Source: Azolla caroliniana
Taxonomy: Eukaryota; Plantae; Polypodiophyta
DNA: 64,000 nucleotides
Direction of reading: 5' to 3'
NCBI GenBank assembly: GCA_043228905.1
Contig: JBHGNT010000013.1
Coordinates: forward strand, 4,030,001 to 4,094,000
Shown in pieces: positions 42,725-54,340 of the stretch. Positions within the stretch are counted from its first letter, which is position 1. Each line of letters begins with the position of its first letter. Below the pieces are notes generated by a model, which was given only the letters and a program-made list of their open reading frames with translations, was not told the DNA's origin and did no database searches. Both the position numbers and the translations under genes were made by a program.

Positions 42725-45404
42725 ATGTCGGCAAGCCCGGTTGCGGTTACGGAGCCGGATGATGAAGACCCCGGTTACGGAGCCGGATGATGAAGACCCC
42801 GGTTACGGAGCCGGATGATGAAGACCCCGGTTACGGAGCCGGATGCTGAAGACCCCGGTTACGGAGCCGGATGACGAATGTACCCGGAGAGAGATCCGGA
42901 TGCGGGGACATATTTGTGAATATGTTTGCTAAGAGCCCTTGAGGCTATATTTGTAAATAGCCCGAAAGTCATATGTGTATAAATATGACTTAGGGCAAAC
43001 AGTTTATGTTGTTGCTCATTTTGAGAGAGAGAAAAGTGAGTAGTCGAGAGAGAGAGAGAGAGAGAGAGACGAAGAGGTCGTTGCCTCTGTGTACTGCCGC
43101 CTCCTGTGGCGAAGACAGTGAGCTCAAGGTTGTTGCCTTGTAGCTTCACCATTGTACATCTCTGTCTATAGTGATAGTTGGAGTTTGAGGACTCCCGTGG
43201 TTTTTTCCCCAGTTAGGGTTTTCCACGTAAAACATCCCGTGTACTCTTCTCTCTATTGTACCTTGTGCATTTTGTATTTCCTGTTTTCTGAAAGTTGATC
43301 CTATTCATCGGTTGTGGCCGAGCACTGTTGTCCTACAGATACCACTTTGTTAAACACAGTGCTTTGCCACAACCGAGGAATAGGATCAACTCACAGAAAA
43401 CAGGAAATACAAAAATGCACGAAGACAATAGAGAGAAGAGTACACAGGATGTTTTACGTGGAAAACCCTAAATGGGAAAAACCACGGGAGTCCTCAAACT
43501 CCAACTATCACTATAAACAGAGATGTACAATGGTGAAGCTACAAGGCAACAACCTTGAGCTCACTGTCTTCGCCACAGGCGGCGGTAATACACAAAGGCA
43601 ATGACCTCTTCGTCTCTCTCTCTCTCTCTCACTCTCTCTCGGCTGCTCACTTAGCTCCCTCTAAGTGGAAAACCAGAAAATGAGTAACAGCCTATAAACT
43701 GTTTGCTCTAAGTCATATTTATACACATATGACTTTTGGGCTATTTACAAATATAGCCTCAAGGGCCCTTGGCAAACATATTCACAAATATGTCCCCGCA
43801 TCCGGATCTCTCTCCGGGTACATTCGTCATCCGGCTCCGTAACCGGGGTCTTCATCATCCGGCTCCGTAGCCGGGGTCTTCATCATCCGGCTCCGTAGCC
43901 GGGTACTCTTCATCCGGCTTCATGCCGGGTACTCTTCATCCTCCGGTTCCGTAACCGCAACCGGGCTTGCCGTCATTCATCTCCGGACATCCCATCCGGA
44001 GGGACCGAAATCCCAACAGTTGTTTTTCTTCTGGCCGCGTATCCGGCACGACCTCCGCCACCGTGTACGCGATCAAGGTCCGGAGACACTACATGAAGCC
44101 ATCCTCACCGCCCAACGCATCGAAGTTGCAGACGCACACGACCTACACACACCAGGTAATCTCAGTCACGATCATACAAACACTACGCCTGTTGCCACTC
44201 CCATGGACATCAACGTCCAGGACGCGCAGTTACGCGCCAAGCGTGCATTGCCTGAACGAGACAGCCAGGGACGCCCCAAATGTTTCTACTACAACAACTA
44301 TGGCCACATCTAGCGTCACTGCCGAAAGTGGCAATATCAACAACAGAAGCAGAACATCCAATTAGCCGACATTGCCTCCCTCTCTGAGCTCTCGGAAAAC
44401 TAATGCGCGGGGTGCCGTAGGGAGAGCCACCCCCACATGTGCACACCTCCATGCCTCCATGCCTCCATGTCATCAACTTCTCCTGTTTGTACCACGATCC
44501 CCCGCCTCTAGCACACGACCCAAGAAGTTCTCCTCGACTCCGGCAGCAACATCTCTTCCATCAATGCAGATTTAGTCGCCCAATTGCAACTTCCCACGAG
44601 CCACACACCACCCATTAAAATCCTCTTCGGTGACTAGCGACGATTGTACCACTCACATACGCAAGTCATGTGCATGCTCACCATCAATTCCGCCCAGATC
44701 CAACATCGTTTCTACGTCCTCCCGTGCCAATTATTCCTAATCACCTTGGGCTGCGATTGGTTCCTCCATAATCGAGCTTGTCTCAATTTCTCCTCGCAAC
44801 AGCTCGTCCTCCCCAATCACCTTCCAATCGCGCTCTTCACTAATCCGCGAGATACGAGGATATTGACAGATCCCTATGAATCTTGAAGATGCCCACAAAA
44901 CTGCATTCCGCACTAGGAAATGCATTTTTCAGTTCACATAGATGCCCTTCAACCTATCTGACGCTGGGAGCACATTCTAGAGGATGGCTAACATCATCTT
45001 CGACGATCTCATCACCCGCCATGTCATCATCGTCTATCTAAACGATATTCTGATACATACAAGCACCTGGGCGGAACACCTCCAAGTCCTTGAGGAGGTC
45101 CTAACTTGTGTTCATTGCCATTGATTGCAGTTGCAATGGAAGAAGTGTCGATGGGGTAGTATGCGCCTCGGCTTCCTCGGGTATGTCATCTCCTCCGACG
45201 GAATACAGATGGACCCAGAGAAGACGGAAACAGTCCAAAAATTCCCACGCCCCACCATAGTCAAGCTGCTTCAATGCTTCCTCGGCCTCCTCACGTTCTC
45301 TCTCCGCTTCATCCCACGACTAGCTGACCTGTTAGCCCCACTACGCGTGCTCTTGGAAAAAGATGCACCCTTCCTATGGACTGACGCCTGTGAATCCAAC
45401 TTCT

Positions 45405-45976
45405 TGCAAGATCTAGTGATGTTAACTTGCTTTTGAGATTCTCCATTTCTGCAACAAGGGCGAGGTATTCTTATGGGTTGCTAGTAGCCATGGGTACTTA
45501 CTAGTGTTTGTAAAAGAGGGTAAAGAAGAAAAATTCAAATCCAACTATCAGAACAAAGTAAAAGATTGAACGATTGAAGGAAGGTATAAGAGAATAGAAG
45601 AAGAGAGGAGAAGGGATTGATAAGAGAAGAGTGGGTTTATTAGAATAGAATGATTACAAGGATGAGTTGGATACAAGGTGGGCTTGGAGCTAAAGACTAG
45701 TGTTGATTCAAATTGATTAGAGGATACATGTATGCCCTTATTTATAGGTTCCTATAGACTAGCTTAGAGATATCTATAATGTTCTAGAATGTTATAGGAC
45801 ATTCTAGAACATTCTAGAATGATCTGAGTTTTTACAATAATCAATGTAATATATAAAGTAGCTCTTACCTTCTCATATGACAGTAAGCTATCTTAATGGT
45901 TGAGGTTTTCAACTATGGATTACAAGGTTTGAGGTTCAAGTCCGGGAGGCGCCATAATGGTCATGTGTTCATGACA
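45405..45976 (-). mobile_element. 5' LTR and gag start of a second Tcn1-like family
   Basis: Minus-strand TGTCATG start, CTATAAATA, LTR end ~45546, then MATSNP*EYLALVAEMENLKSKL, similar to MATVSAQEYQSV of the 7553 gag. Confidence 0.75.
45889..45943 (+). promoter_or_regulatory. tRNA-like A+B box in LTR U3
   Basis: TATCTTAATGG-33 nt-GGTTCAAGTCC; a second B box at 45985-45995 lies in an adjacent LTR end. Confidence 0.6.
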
Positions 45977-46027
45977 TAATCTTGGGTTCAAGTCCACGTG
46001 AAGCATAATGTTCATGGATTCATGACA

Positions 46028-46521
46028 CTTCTCTTGTGACAGCCTCAATTGCTTCTTCGATCATCGGTCCTGGATTATGTGCATTCCCAATATCTGTCTC
46101 GCCTAACCCATAGCTTTCATTGAGTAGGACCAACTCAAGCCCTTCTTCAGCATTCCGATTTTGATACGGTCTCGTCCGACAATCAACATGCCGTCCACAT
46201 ACAACAGTAGCATCAGGAAGTCTCCTCCATCAAACTTCTTCACAAATACTTAGTGGTCGGCCTGCGTCTTGTGATATCCTTGGTCAGTCATGAAGGAGTC
46301 GAACTTCCGGTACCATTGTCTGGGAGTTTGATTTAGCCTATATAAGATCTTCTTAACCCAAGACACCAGGTGCTCCTTCGCTTTCTTGACAAATCCCTCT
46401 GACTGTTGCATGTAGATCTTTTCTTCGAGGTCACCGTGGAGGAACGTCGTCTTGATGTCTAGCTGCTCGACCTCGAGGTCCAATCTTGCCGCAATGCTCA
46501 ACACACTTAGGATGGATATCA
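46028..46521 (-). pseudogene. Copia RT fragment (Tork-like)
   Basis: LEVEQLDIKTTFLHGDLEE, QWYRKFDSFM. Confidence 0.85.
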
Positions 46522-46636
46522 TTCTTCCTTTGCACTCGAAGATTGATTTCCGTCTAGCCTGAGGAAACCTTTGCACGCCTCCGTTACCCTTTAGGAGGCC
46601 TACGCCCCATAGAAACTATCTACCTAGGACTGTTCC
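46522..46636 (-). rRNA. rrn23: Plastid 23S rRNA fragment (NUPT)
   Basis: cctttgcactcga...gaggaaacctttgcacgcctccgttacc...ggaggcctacgccccatagaaact matches, from memory, the reverse complement of chloroplast 23S domain V. Confidence 0.85.
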
Positions 46637-46869
46637 GACATCATTAAATGTCATCTTTTTCCTTTCAATGAATTGAGATAATTCTATACATTGACCCTCG
46701 TCACAATTTTACTCTAGAGAACTTTATAAGTTTTATTCTCAAAGTTACAAAAGCTAGATATCAACCCATCAAAGTTAGTTAGTACATAAAAGTGCATAGA
46801 ATGATTTAGGTGCACAAGTTGAAATAATACTAGCTAAATCAATGCAAAGAAAGGTCATTTACTTGTGGG

Positions 46870-47248
46870 GAAAAGATCTCATCGCACCCAGCAAACACAA
46901 AAGAACTATCTATCCGTCTACATCACACCCCACAAACACAAAAGGACTATGCATCTCGTCATCGGCTTCCATCCTCTTTTGATATTGGAGATCAAGTATG
47001 GCTATTACGAGGACACATCAAGCATACTTGACCGTGTGACAAACTGGATTATCAATGGTTAGGCCTTTTCCATATTAACGGAAAAATTAATCATGTCACC
47101 TTTCGCCTTTATCTACCTCCGCAACTACGGATACATTCGGTATTTCCTAGTTCTCTTCTAAATCCCTATTAGGACAACATTATCCCAGATCATATTACAC
47201 CACCTCCACCCCCAATTGAACTTGAAGATGGACTTGATTATGAGGTTG
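46870..47248 (+). pseudogene. Chromovirus integrase C-terminal fragment up to the chromodomain start
   Basis: Homologous to ~11740-12080 (CDKLDY..LG, VTFRL.LPPQL, PPPPIELEDG.DYEV). Confidence 0.8.
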
Positions 47249-47641
47249 TGTTGGGAATTCGGTCCTTCCGGATGGGATCCGGATGAGAATCAGACAAGCC
47301 ATAGGAAAGAACTAGGCTGGATAGATCAAGAAGATATCAAGAAACAGGATCAGATGGATTCGGTTGGTATCCGGTCAGACATTAGTTTAGGTATATGTTC
47401 CGATATGACTGTTTCAGGTCACATTTCTAAATAGCCTGTAAGTTATATGACTATAAATATAACTAGGGAAAATACTATTTTATGTTTGTTTTTGTTGTAT
47501 TGTTTTACACACACACGGAGACAGAGACAAAGAAAGTTGTTTCTGTTGTAACCGCCGGTACGCGAAGATAGAGCTCCAGGTCATTGCCCATGAGTCTCCC
47601 ATTGCACCCTTCCTCTCTCATAGTGATAGTTGGAGTCTATG

Positions 47642-48013
47642 TGTCACGAACAAGTATAATAGAGTAGAACGAAGATAAGACTAGAGAACAAGAGAGAGGA
47701 AAAGAACAAGAACTCAACTTATAGAATCCGTAACTTGTGTTGTTCACCTTGATTAGAATCAAGGTGCACATGAGTATTTATACAAGAGGGTAGGGCTATG
47801 TAAGCCAGCTAGAAATAGAGTGCATGAGGGTGCATGCAAGCTAGAGAATGAGAATGCATGTAAGCTAGGAACATCCAATGTTCAATCTACACTATATGAA
47901 GTTGAATTAAATACAAGGATGCATATGTAGCTCAAGTGGTAGGGTTTGCCCAATAGAGACCATGAGGTCTTGGGTTCAATCCCTACCTTCCGTTGTGGCA
48001 TATGTCTATCACA
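47642..48013 (-). mobile_element. Solo LTR (372 bp) with TSD CTATG
   Basis: TG...CA ends; TSD at 47637-47641 and 48014-48018; the host LTR is continuous across it; minus-strand TATAAATA. Confidence 0.9.
47928..47983 (+). promoter_or_regulatory. tRNA-like Pol III promoter in solo LTR U3
   Basis: TAGCTCAAGTGG-33 nt-GGTTCAATCCC. Confidence 0.75.
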
Positions 48014-48781
48014 CTATGGGCTCCCATGGTTTTCCCGATTACGGTTTTCCAAGTTAACATCTGGTGTCATCTCTTCTATATTGAGAGCGCATTGTTATTT
48101 TTTGTTTATTTCTTCCACCGTGCGATTGAGACTTTGTTGTGGCCGAGCACTATTTCCATCAATCTGGCATCAAAGCATGGAAGATCCATTCGGCGGCATG
48201 TTTAAGCTCACCGACTCCAACTACCCAGTGTGGAAGTCAAAGATGAGGGACATGTTAGTGGTAAAAGATCTTTGGTTGTCGGTACTATTTGGAGACAAAA
48301 TACCGGACAAGATCTATGCCGCGACTTGGGAGGTGATGCACATGAAAACGACTGCATACATTTGATGCTTCATCGACATGAGCCTGTACAACAACTTCAA
48401 CGAAAAAAGTAAGGCTCATGTGCTCTGGGAGAAAATCGGTACCATGCTAGAGGGTAATAATGTTATGAATCGAGTCTCAGTATTTTGGAAATTAGTGAGA
48501 CTCCGATACCAAGACAGATACAGTATGGCCAACCACATGAATGCCTTCCAAGGTCTTATAAACCAAACAACCTCGTTGGAAGTACCTCTTGCCAACGAGG
48601 TACTCACGCTACTACTGCTCGGTTCCGTCCCGGATAGTTGGGAGATGCTACTTGTCACTTTGGGCAATGCTGGCCCGAAAGGGAAACACCTATCCTTAGC
48701 GAGATTAAAGTCGAGCTTGCTAGATGAAGAAGCTCTCCGGAAGGACCGGGAATCCGGAACCGATCTGAAGGCCTTGGTTAC

Positions 48782-51700
48782 TGTAAAAGAATACATTATG
48801 CGGAAGCGTGTTGCGTAAACATAGAGTATACAGTTCAGAGGAATAAGACAGTTAGGTAAAACATAGAAAACGCAGAGATGGAGATAGAGAGAGGGAGAGA
48901 CAAAAACAGAGCAGACAACTCAGTTCTATTTCAAAATGATGACGCTCTGTACATACACTGTGCTCAGTGAACACCTTTTGTACAAGCCCTGACAATCGGG
49001 CTGACACAAGTGCTGCCAGTACTTGACTGCTCATAAATGAGCCTCGACACTCACTCCCAAAATTATTCCTTACGAGGAATATCTCTCTAACGGTCTTTCG
49101 GTTTACGCACCGGTACAGCCAGGTTGTGCATACTAACTCATGCGTCCAATCTACGCATTGGGTTACACTCCATATTACGCACCCAGTGTAGAGCTTGTCA
49201 CTCAATACTTCCCCTCAAGCTCAACTTGAGGTTCCTCCTGCTCCGCCGGATCTACGCTCTGGTTCCTTTTGGCTTCACGCCTCGCTCGCGCTCCTCGACC
49301 CGTTCGATTCCTCACGGCTCAACCCTTCCGGTCGGCTTGTCTGCTCATCCGGCCCTTCTCAGCTCCCTTGCTGTCGCGATGTCGGTGTGTCCTTCGTTGC
49401 CCTTTTTCCCGCATGGCCTTCAGTTGATTCGGCGTATTCGAATCGAACATACCGATTGAATCAAACACTTCCGATTCAATTTCGCCCTCATCCGAATTGG
49501 TTGTCTCCAATTCGTCCTCAATCTTCAGGCCCCTGACAACATCTGACCACATCTTAGTCTTGGCCTTATCTCCCCCTGGTTCAGCTGTCCTCGACTCCTT
49601 CTTATGCTTACGGCCCTTGCTTCCATCTTCGGCTTCTTCAGCTGGTTCGAGGTCAAATTCTCCATCCAACTCCGCATCTCGGTCACTTCCGTCGTGATGC
49701 TTACCTCCGTTCCTTTCACTCTCTTGTTCCTATTTGTCTTCCCTTCTCCCCCTCAAGTTTGGTGTGTCGAGGTGACGAAACCCAAGCGCACTCGAGAAAT
49801 GTTGTAATTTGTTGAGACCAAGAGGTTTTGTGAAGATGTTGGTAATCTACTGATCAATCTAAACATGCACCAATTCGACTTTTCCTGAAAGGATCCGCTC
49901 GCAGACAAAATGGTAATGCACCTCAATGTGCTTGGTCCGGGCGTGGAACACGGGGTTCTTTGCAAGGTGGATATTGCTAAGGTTGTCACAATGGATCGTC
50001 GTCGGATTAGACACCTCTACTTGCATATCCCGTAATAACCATTTTAGCCAAATGACTTCACACATAGCAATAGTCGCCCCTCGATATTCGGCCTCCGTGC
50101 TCGACAATGCTAATGTCGGCTACTTCTTGCTGCTCCATGCGATCGCCGCACTTCCCAATGAGAATGTGTATCCAGATGTGGATCGACCATCGTGGGCGGT
50201 TCCGGCCCAATCAGCATCCGTGCAGCCGACTAATTGTTCGTCTACGCCTGCTCGATATTCGGCCTCCGTGCTCGACAGTGCTAATGTCGGCTACTTCTTG
50301 CTGCTCCATGCGATCGCCGCACTTCCCAATGAGAATGTGTATCCAGATGTGGATCGACCATCGTGGGCGGTTCCGGCCCAATCGGCATCCGTGCAGCCGA
50401 CTAACTGTTTGTCTACGCCTGCTCGATATAGCAATGGCATGTCTTTCGTGTCGTGGACATAATGCAGTTTCCGTTGCGCACATTGAAAGTGTTCAGCCGT
50501 AGGCTGTGACATGAATTGATTGATTAAGCTGACCAGGTAGCTAAGTTTCGGCCGAGTAATCGTCAAATAGAGAAGGCTCCCGACAATCTATCGGAACCGT
50601 GTTGGGCCGCACGCCTTGCCCGAATCTAGGCGAAGCTTCACGTTTCTATCCAGAGGGGTCGAGATGGGCTTACAGTTTGCCATCCCAAACTTGAAGAGCA
50701 TATTCAGGGCGTAATGACGTTGGCCGATCAATATGCCTTCGGAGGTACGGATCACTTTGATCCTGAGGAAGTAATGGAGGTCTCCGAGATCCTTCATTTC
50801 AAACGATGCCGCGAGCTGAGACTTCACGTGGCGGATTTCGTCAAGGTCGGCACCGGCGATGACTAAATCATCAACGTACAAGAGCATGTTGACTGGTCCA
50901 TATTGACCTTGCCAAACAAATAGAGAAGAGTCTGATTTCAACGGTGCAAACCCCATGCTACACAACTGTTGCATAAACTTTGCGTTCCAAGCTCGTGGGC
51001 CTAGCTTTAGTCCGTATAGGGACTTCTTCAATCGGCAAACTGGCGAGGTGTTTTGTTTGGATAGGAATACGGGGGGCTGTACCATGTACACCTGTACCTC
51101 AAGATCACCTTGATGGAACACGTTCTTTACATCCATCTGACGTAGGTGCCACCCCTTTGCCGCAGCTACCGCGAGCAAAACACGGATGGTCGTCATCTTC
51201 GCGACCGGCGTAAACGTCTCATAGTAGTCGATACCGTGTTTCTACACATAGCCTTTTGCTACCAAATGGGCCTTGTATCGGTTGACGGAGCTATCCGTGT
51301 TGTGTTTCACTTTATACACCCATTGGTACCCGATCGACTTCACACCCTTCGGTGCATCAACCAGGTCCCATGTCTCGTTCTGCGTTAAGGCGCGCATCTC
51401 TTCCTCCATTGCAGCACACCAATTTGCGTCTTTCACCGCTTCTGCATAGCTCTCCGGCTCATGCACTTCCGCCACTTGCGTCATGTACGCGTAATGGTGC
51501 GCCATGTACTCATTATACCCGTATCTCTTTACGGGGTTCTTCTGGCAGGTAGATCGGTGTAATTCATGATTACCTGATTTCGTGACCTTTTCGGTCGATT
51601 TCGACCTCTTCCGTGGAGGTTCCTTCTCAACTGGCTCGAGGTTAGATTCGCTTCGATCTGACTCGGCACTACCGAAATCATATTCTGGCGTCTTCTTCTT

Positions 51701-53510
51701 CCCCTTCTCCTTGCGTGTAAATCGTCTCCTCTGTTCTTTACACGGGAACATCACGGCCGAGTCTCCCCTACTCGCCGTCTCATCATCTAGTTGCCCATCT
51801 TGGCCCAACCCCTCATTCGGCCCACTCAGCCGAAATGAGATCGGTCTCTCTCTCAAAGCTCCGATTTCTTCATCGTGCGGAGGCATTTCAGTCTCGCTGT
51901 TTTCTTCTTCAGAAATTGGAATGGAGTCTTGAGGTTCTGGAGGAGAAAATCCTCATTTGTGCCAAGTTCGACTTCTTCCCAAAAAACAACTCATGTGGCA
52001 ACACTCCATTAGTAGAAGTCCGATTCTACAAGTAGACAACTGTCTTCACAGCTTCGGCCCAATAAAATTTCGGCATATGCTTCTCTTCAAGCATTTCCCG
52101 GGTCACTTCTTGAATTGTCTGATTCTTCCGCTCGGCTACATCGTTCTGCTCTGGCGTATATCTACATGAGAATTCGTGGCGAATTCCCTCCCTCTGTAGA
52201 TAACATGTGAACTGGTCAGAGAAGTACTCCTTCCCGCCATCGGACCGTAGGCATTTGATTTTATGCCCCGTTTCCCTTTCCACAAGGCTCTTCACCTTCA
52301 GGAAACATGCGAAGACTTCGCTCTTCTTCTCAATCATGTATGCCCACGTGTGTCGTGTGAAGTCATCGATGAAGGTTACAAAGTAACAGCTTCCACCGAG
52401 ACTCACGTTCTGTGCCGGACCCCACACATCCGAATGCATCAAATCCAACGGACTTCAACTACGATTACGCTCATTGGGGAATGGAAGTCGGTGTAGTTTT
52501 CCCAATTGATAGGCTTCGCAAACTTGGCCATTCTGGCCACGAAATTTCGGCAAGCCAAAACAATGTTCTTTGTCTGCATTTCACGAAGCCGTGGGAAATT
52601 CACGTGGCCAAACCGCTTGTGCCACAAGTCGATATCCGACTCGACCTTCTGTTCTTTCGCGAATATTGCAGTGCCCAAATTATTGGTTTCGAGGATAAAC
52701 ATTCTCCCTTCATGGCGCCCTTCTACGATCACTTTGCCTTCCTCTTCTATGAAGCAACCGAGGTGCGTGAATCGAACTTGCATACCTTGGTCGATGATCT
52801 GACCAACCGACACCAAGTTTTTCGTTATTGTCGGGACGTGCAACACATTGATATTCTTCCCTTTCTACCCAACATGGCTGAGGGGAACTTCACCGACATG
52901 TTCGATGGTATGCGGGGTGTCATCTCCTGTTTCGACAACCCCTCATGATTCCGGCTTCTCCAAGTATGTGAACCATTCCTCATGGCTCGTCATATGATTT
53001 GACGCTCCGGAATCCACATACCACACCTCACTCGATTTTGAGGTATTCATGACCATTGAATTGGCCTTAAGCTTCATTATGAAGGCAAGGCCCGCTCCAT
53101 TTCCAGCTCGTTCGGAGCCCTCCGCGTAGTGCGATCTTTGAGGCCTTCCTAAGTCTCTTCTGCTCGGTCCAGCTTTGTCCGAGTCAGCTTGCTCCTTCCA
53201 TCACTCGCTCTCCTTGTGGCCCTTCTTGCCACAGTACCAACATTTCGACGCGGCCTTCTCTTGCCGTCTTCCAGCGCCAGCATGACTCCCCTTGCTTGCA
53301 GAGGGTTCGGAATTGCTTCCAACATCTCGATTATGCTGTACATTTTGCTCTCTTTGTCCATCTCCATTGCGCGCCGATCCGCCTTGTCCACCATCTGCAC
53401 AGGGCCTATCATCCTCCGTGTAGAGCATCTTGCCATTGGCGTGCGCACTCGTCGATGCACCCACGTGGTTTTCTTCTACGAGCAACATTGAATGAAGCTC
53501 GAAAAACGAA
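48782..53510 (-). mobile_element. Copia family A element lacking its 5' end (gag end, PR, INT, RT, RH, charged tail, PPT, 3' LTR 48782-49207)
   Basis: CWYCGKKGHKESE, WYVDSGASNH, LWHKRFGH, SDGGKEY, LLYVDD, HARTKHIEVHYHF; PPT TTGAGGGGAAG. Confidence 0.92.
50080..50429. repeat. 171-bp in-frame tandem duplication in RNase H
   Basis: CTCGATAT microhomology at 50080, 50251 and 50422. Confidence 0.92.
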
Positions 53511-53569
53511 AGCCGTAATCTCCCTCGTGTAGACTGCTGTTCGGAAAGGTCCAAACTTTGATGCCAAGC

Positions 53570-54340
53570 CACCAAGACAAATTTGAGGGGGGGAGACATC
53601 TCAAATGACCACGGAAGGGGGAGAAAAGTTCTGGAAGACCGCGACGCCGAGTCGGATGACGAATTCGATTTCGGATCTGCTGAAGAAGCCGACGGCGGAT
53701 CTACGGAAGATTACAAAAGCAGATATAAGGGGAGCAATCGAAAGAAAGAGGCGAAGCCAAACAAGCATGGGGGAGACGAAGCCATCAAGGGCGGGAAGAC
53801 CGAAGATGAGTTAGAGACATCCAACTCGGACGAAAACGAAAATCGATTGGAGGAAGCCGAGTCGATTTGGATGCTTGATTCGGATACGCCGAATCAACTA
53901 AGGGCCAAGCGGAAGAGAAGGCAGCAAAAGAAGCACCAACACCGCGAAAACAACGGAGCTGAGAAAGGCCGCACTAGTACGCAAGCCAACCGGAAGGATC
54001 GAGGCGCGCGGAATCGAACAGGGCGAGGAGCGCGAGCAAGGCGTGAAGCTAGAAGGAACCGGGGCATAGATTTGGAAGAGCGGATGGAACCTCAAGTTGA
54101 GCTTTAGGGGGGATGTTGAGATACAACCTCAACATTGGCCGGATCGGCTGTGCATGCCGAGAACCGGATTGGTTGGGATCGATCGGTTAGGCCGGACCTG
54201 TGCGTAAACTAGTGTGCAGACCGGTGCGCTATCGTGAAGATTTTTGGCAATAGTGGGAAAATCGTGTGAAACGAGGGAAATCAAGAACTTGGTGCAATGT
54301 GCACACCTATAAAAGGAGTGATGGTTAGACAAGTACGTTA
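53570..54340 (+). mobile_element. Copia family A 3' end: charged tail ORF 53583-54107, PPT, partial LTR from 54114
   Basis: Homologous to 49208-49760 on the minus strand (DRDAE..EFD...EDELETSNSDE...EPQVEL); TAGGGGGGA then TGTTGAG. Confidence 0.85.

Larger units (their letters stand above)
37910..43337 (+). mobile_element. Young Tnt1/Tork-like copia (inner copy) with TSD GATAC
   Basis: 657-bp LTRs 37910-38566 and 42681-43337, PBS TGGTATCAAAGC 38569-38580, PPT AAGGGGGAG, TSD at 37905-37909 and 43338-43342. Confidence 0.97.
32218..44018 (-). mobile_element. Young Tnt1/Tork-like copia (outer copy) with TSD GTTGT
   Basis: 671-bp LTRs 32218-32888 and 43348-44018; TSD GTTGT at 32213-32217 and 44019-44023; PPT ~32889-32901; PBS split by the nested copy. 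Confidence 0.97.
31471..45400 (+). mobile_element. Ty3/gypsy remnant with very short LTR (31471-31583), split in gag by the copia insertion 32218-44018
   Basis: TGTGA...TCACA, PBS-like TGGTGGGGAAGACGGG, gag PKPFSG..WLDHFE resuming at 44019 (PMDI, knuckle remnant), PR LLDSG ~44530, RT fragments 44870-45400. Confidence 0.8.
47249..48781 (+). mobile_element. Older Tork-like copia 5' part: LTR 47249-48161, PBS 48165-48176, gag 48177-48781
   Basis: TGTTGGGAATTCGGTCC start as at 37910; TGGCATCAAAGC; KLTDSNYPVWKSKM, LLLGSVPDSWE. Confidence 0.85.

Noticed and set aside
47920-47995. Functional tRNA genes at the A/B-box sites
   Set aside because: No convincing acceptor or anticodon stems; embedded in LTRs, so reported as promoter-like modules.
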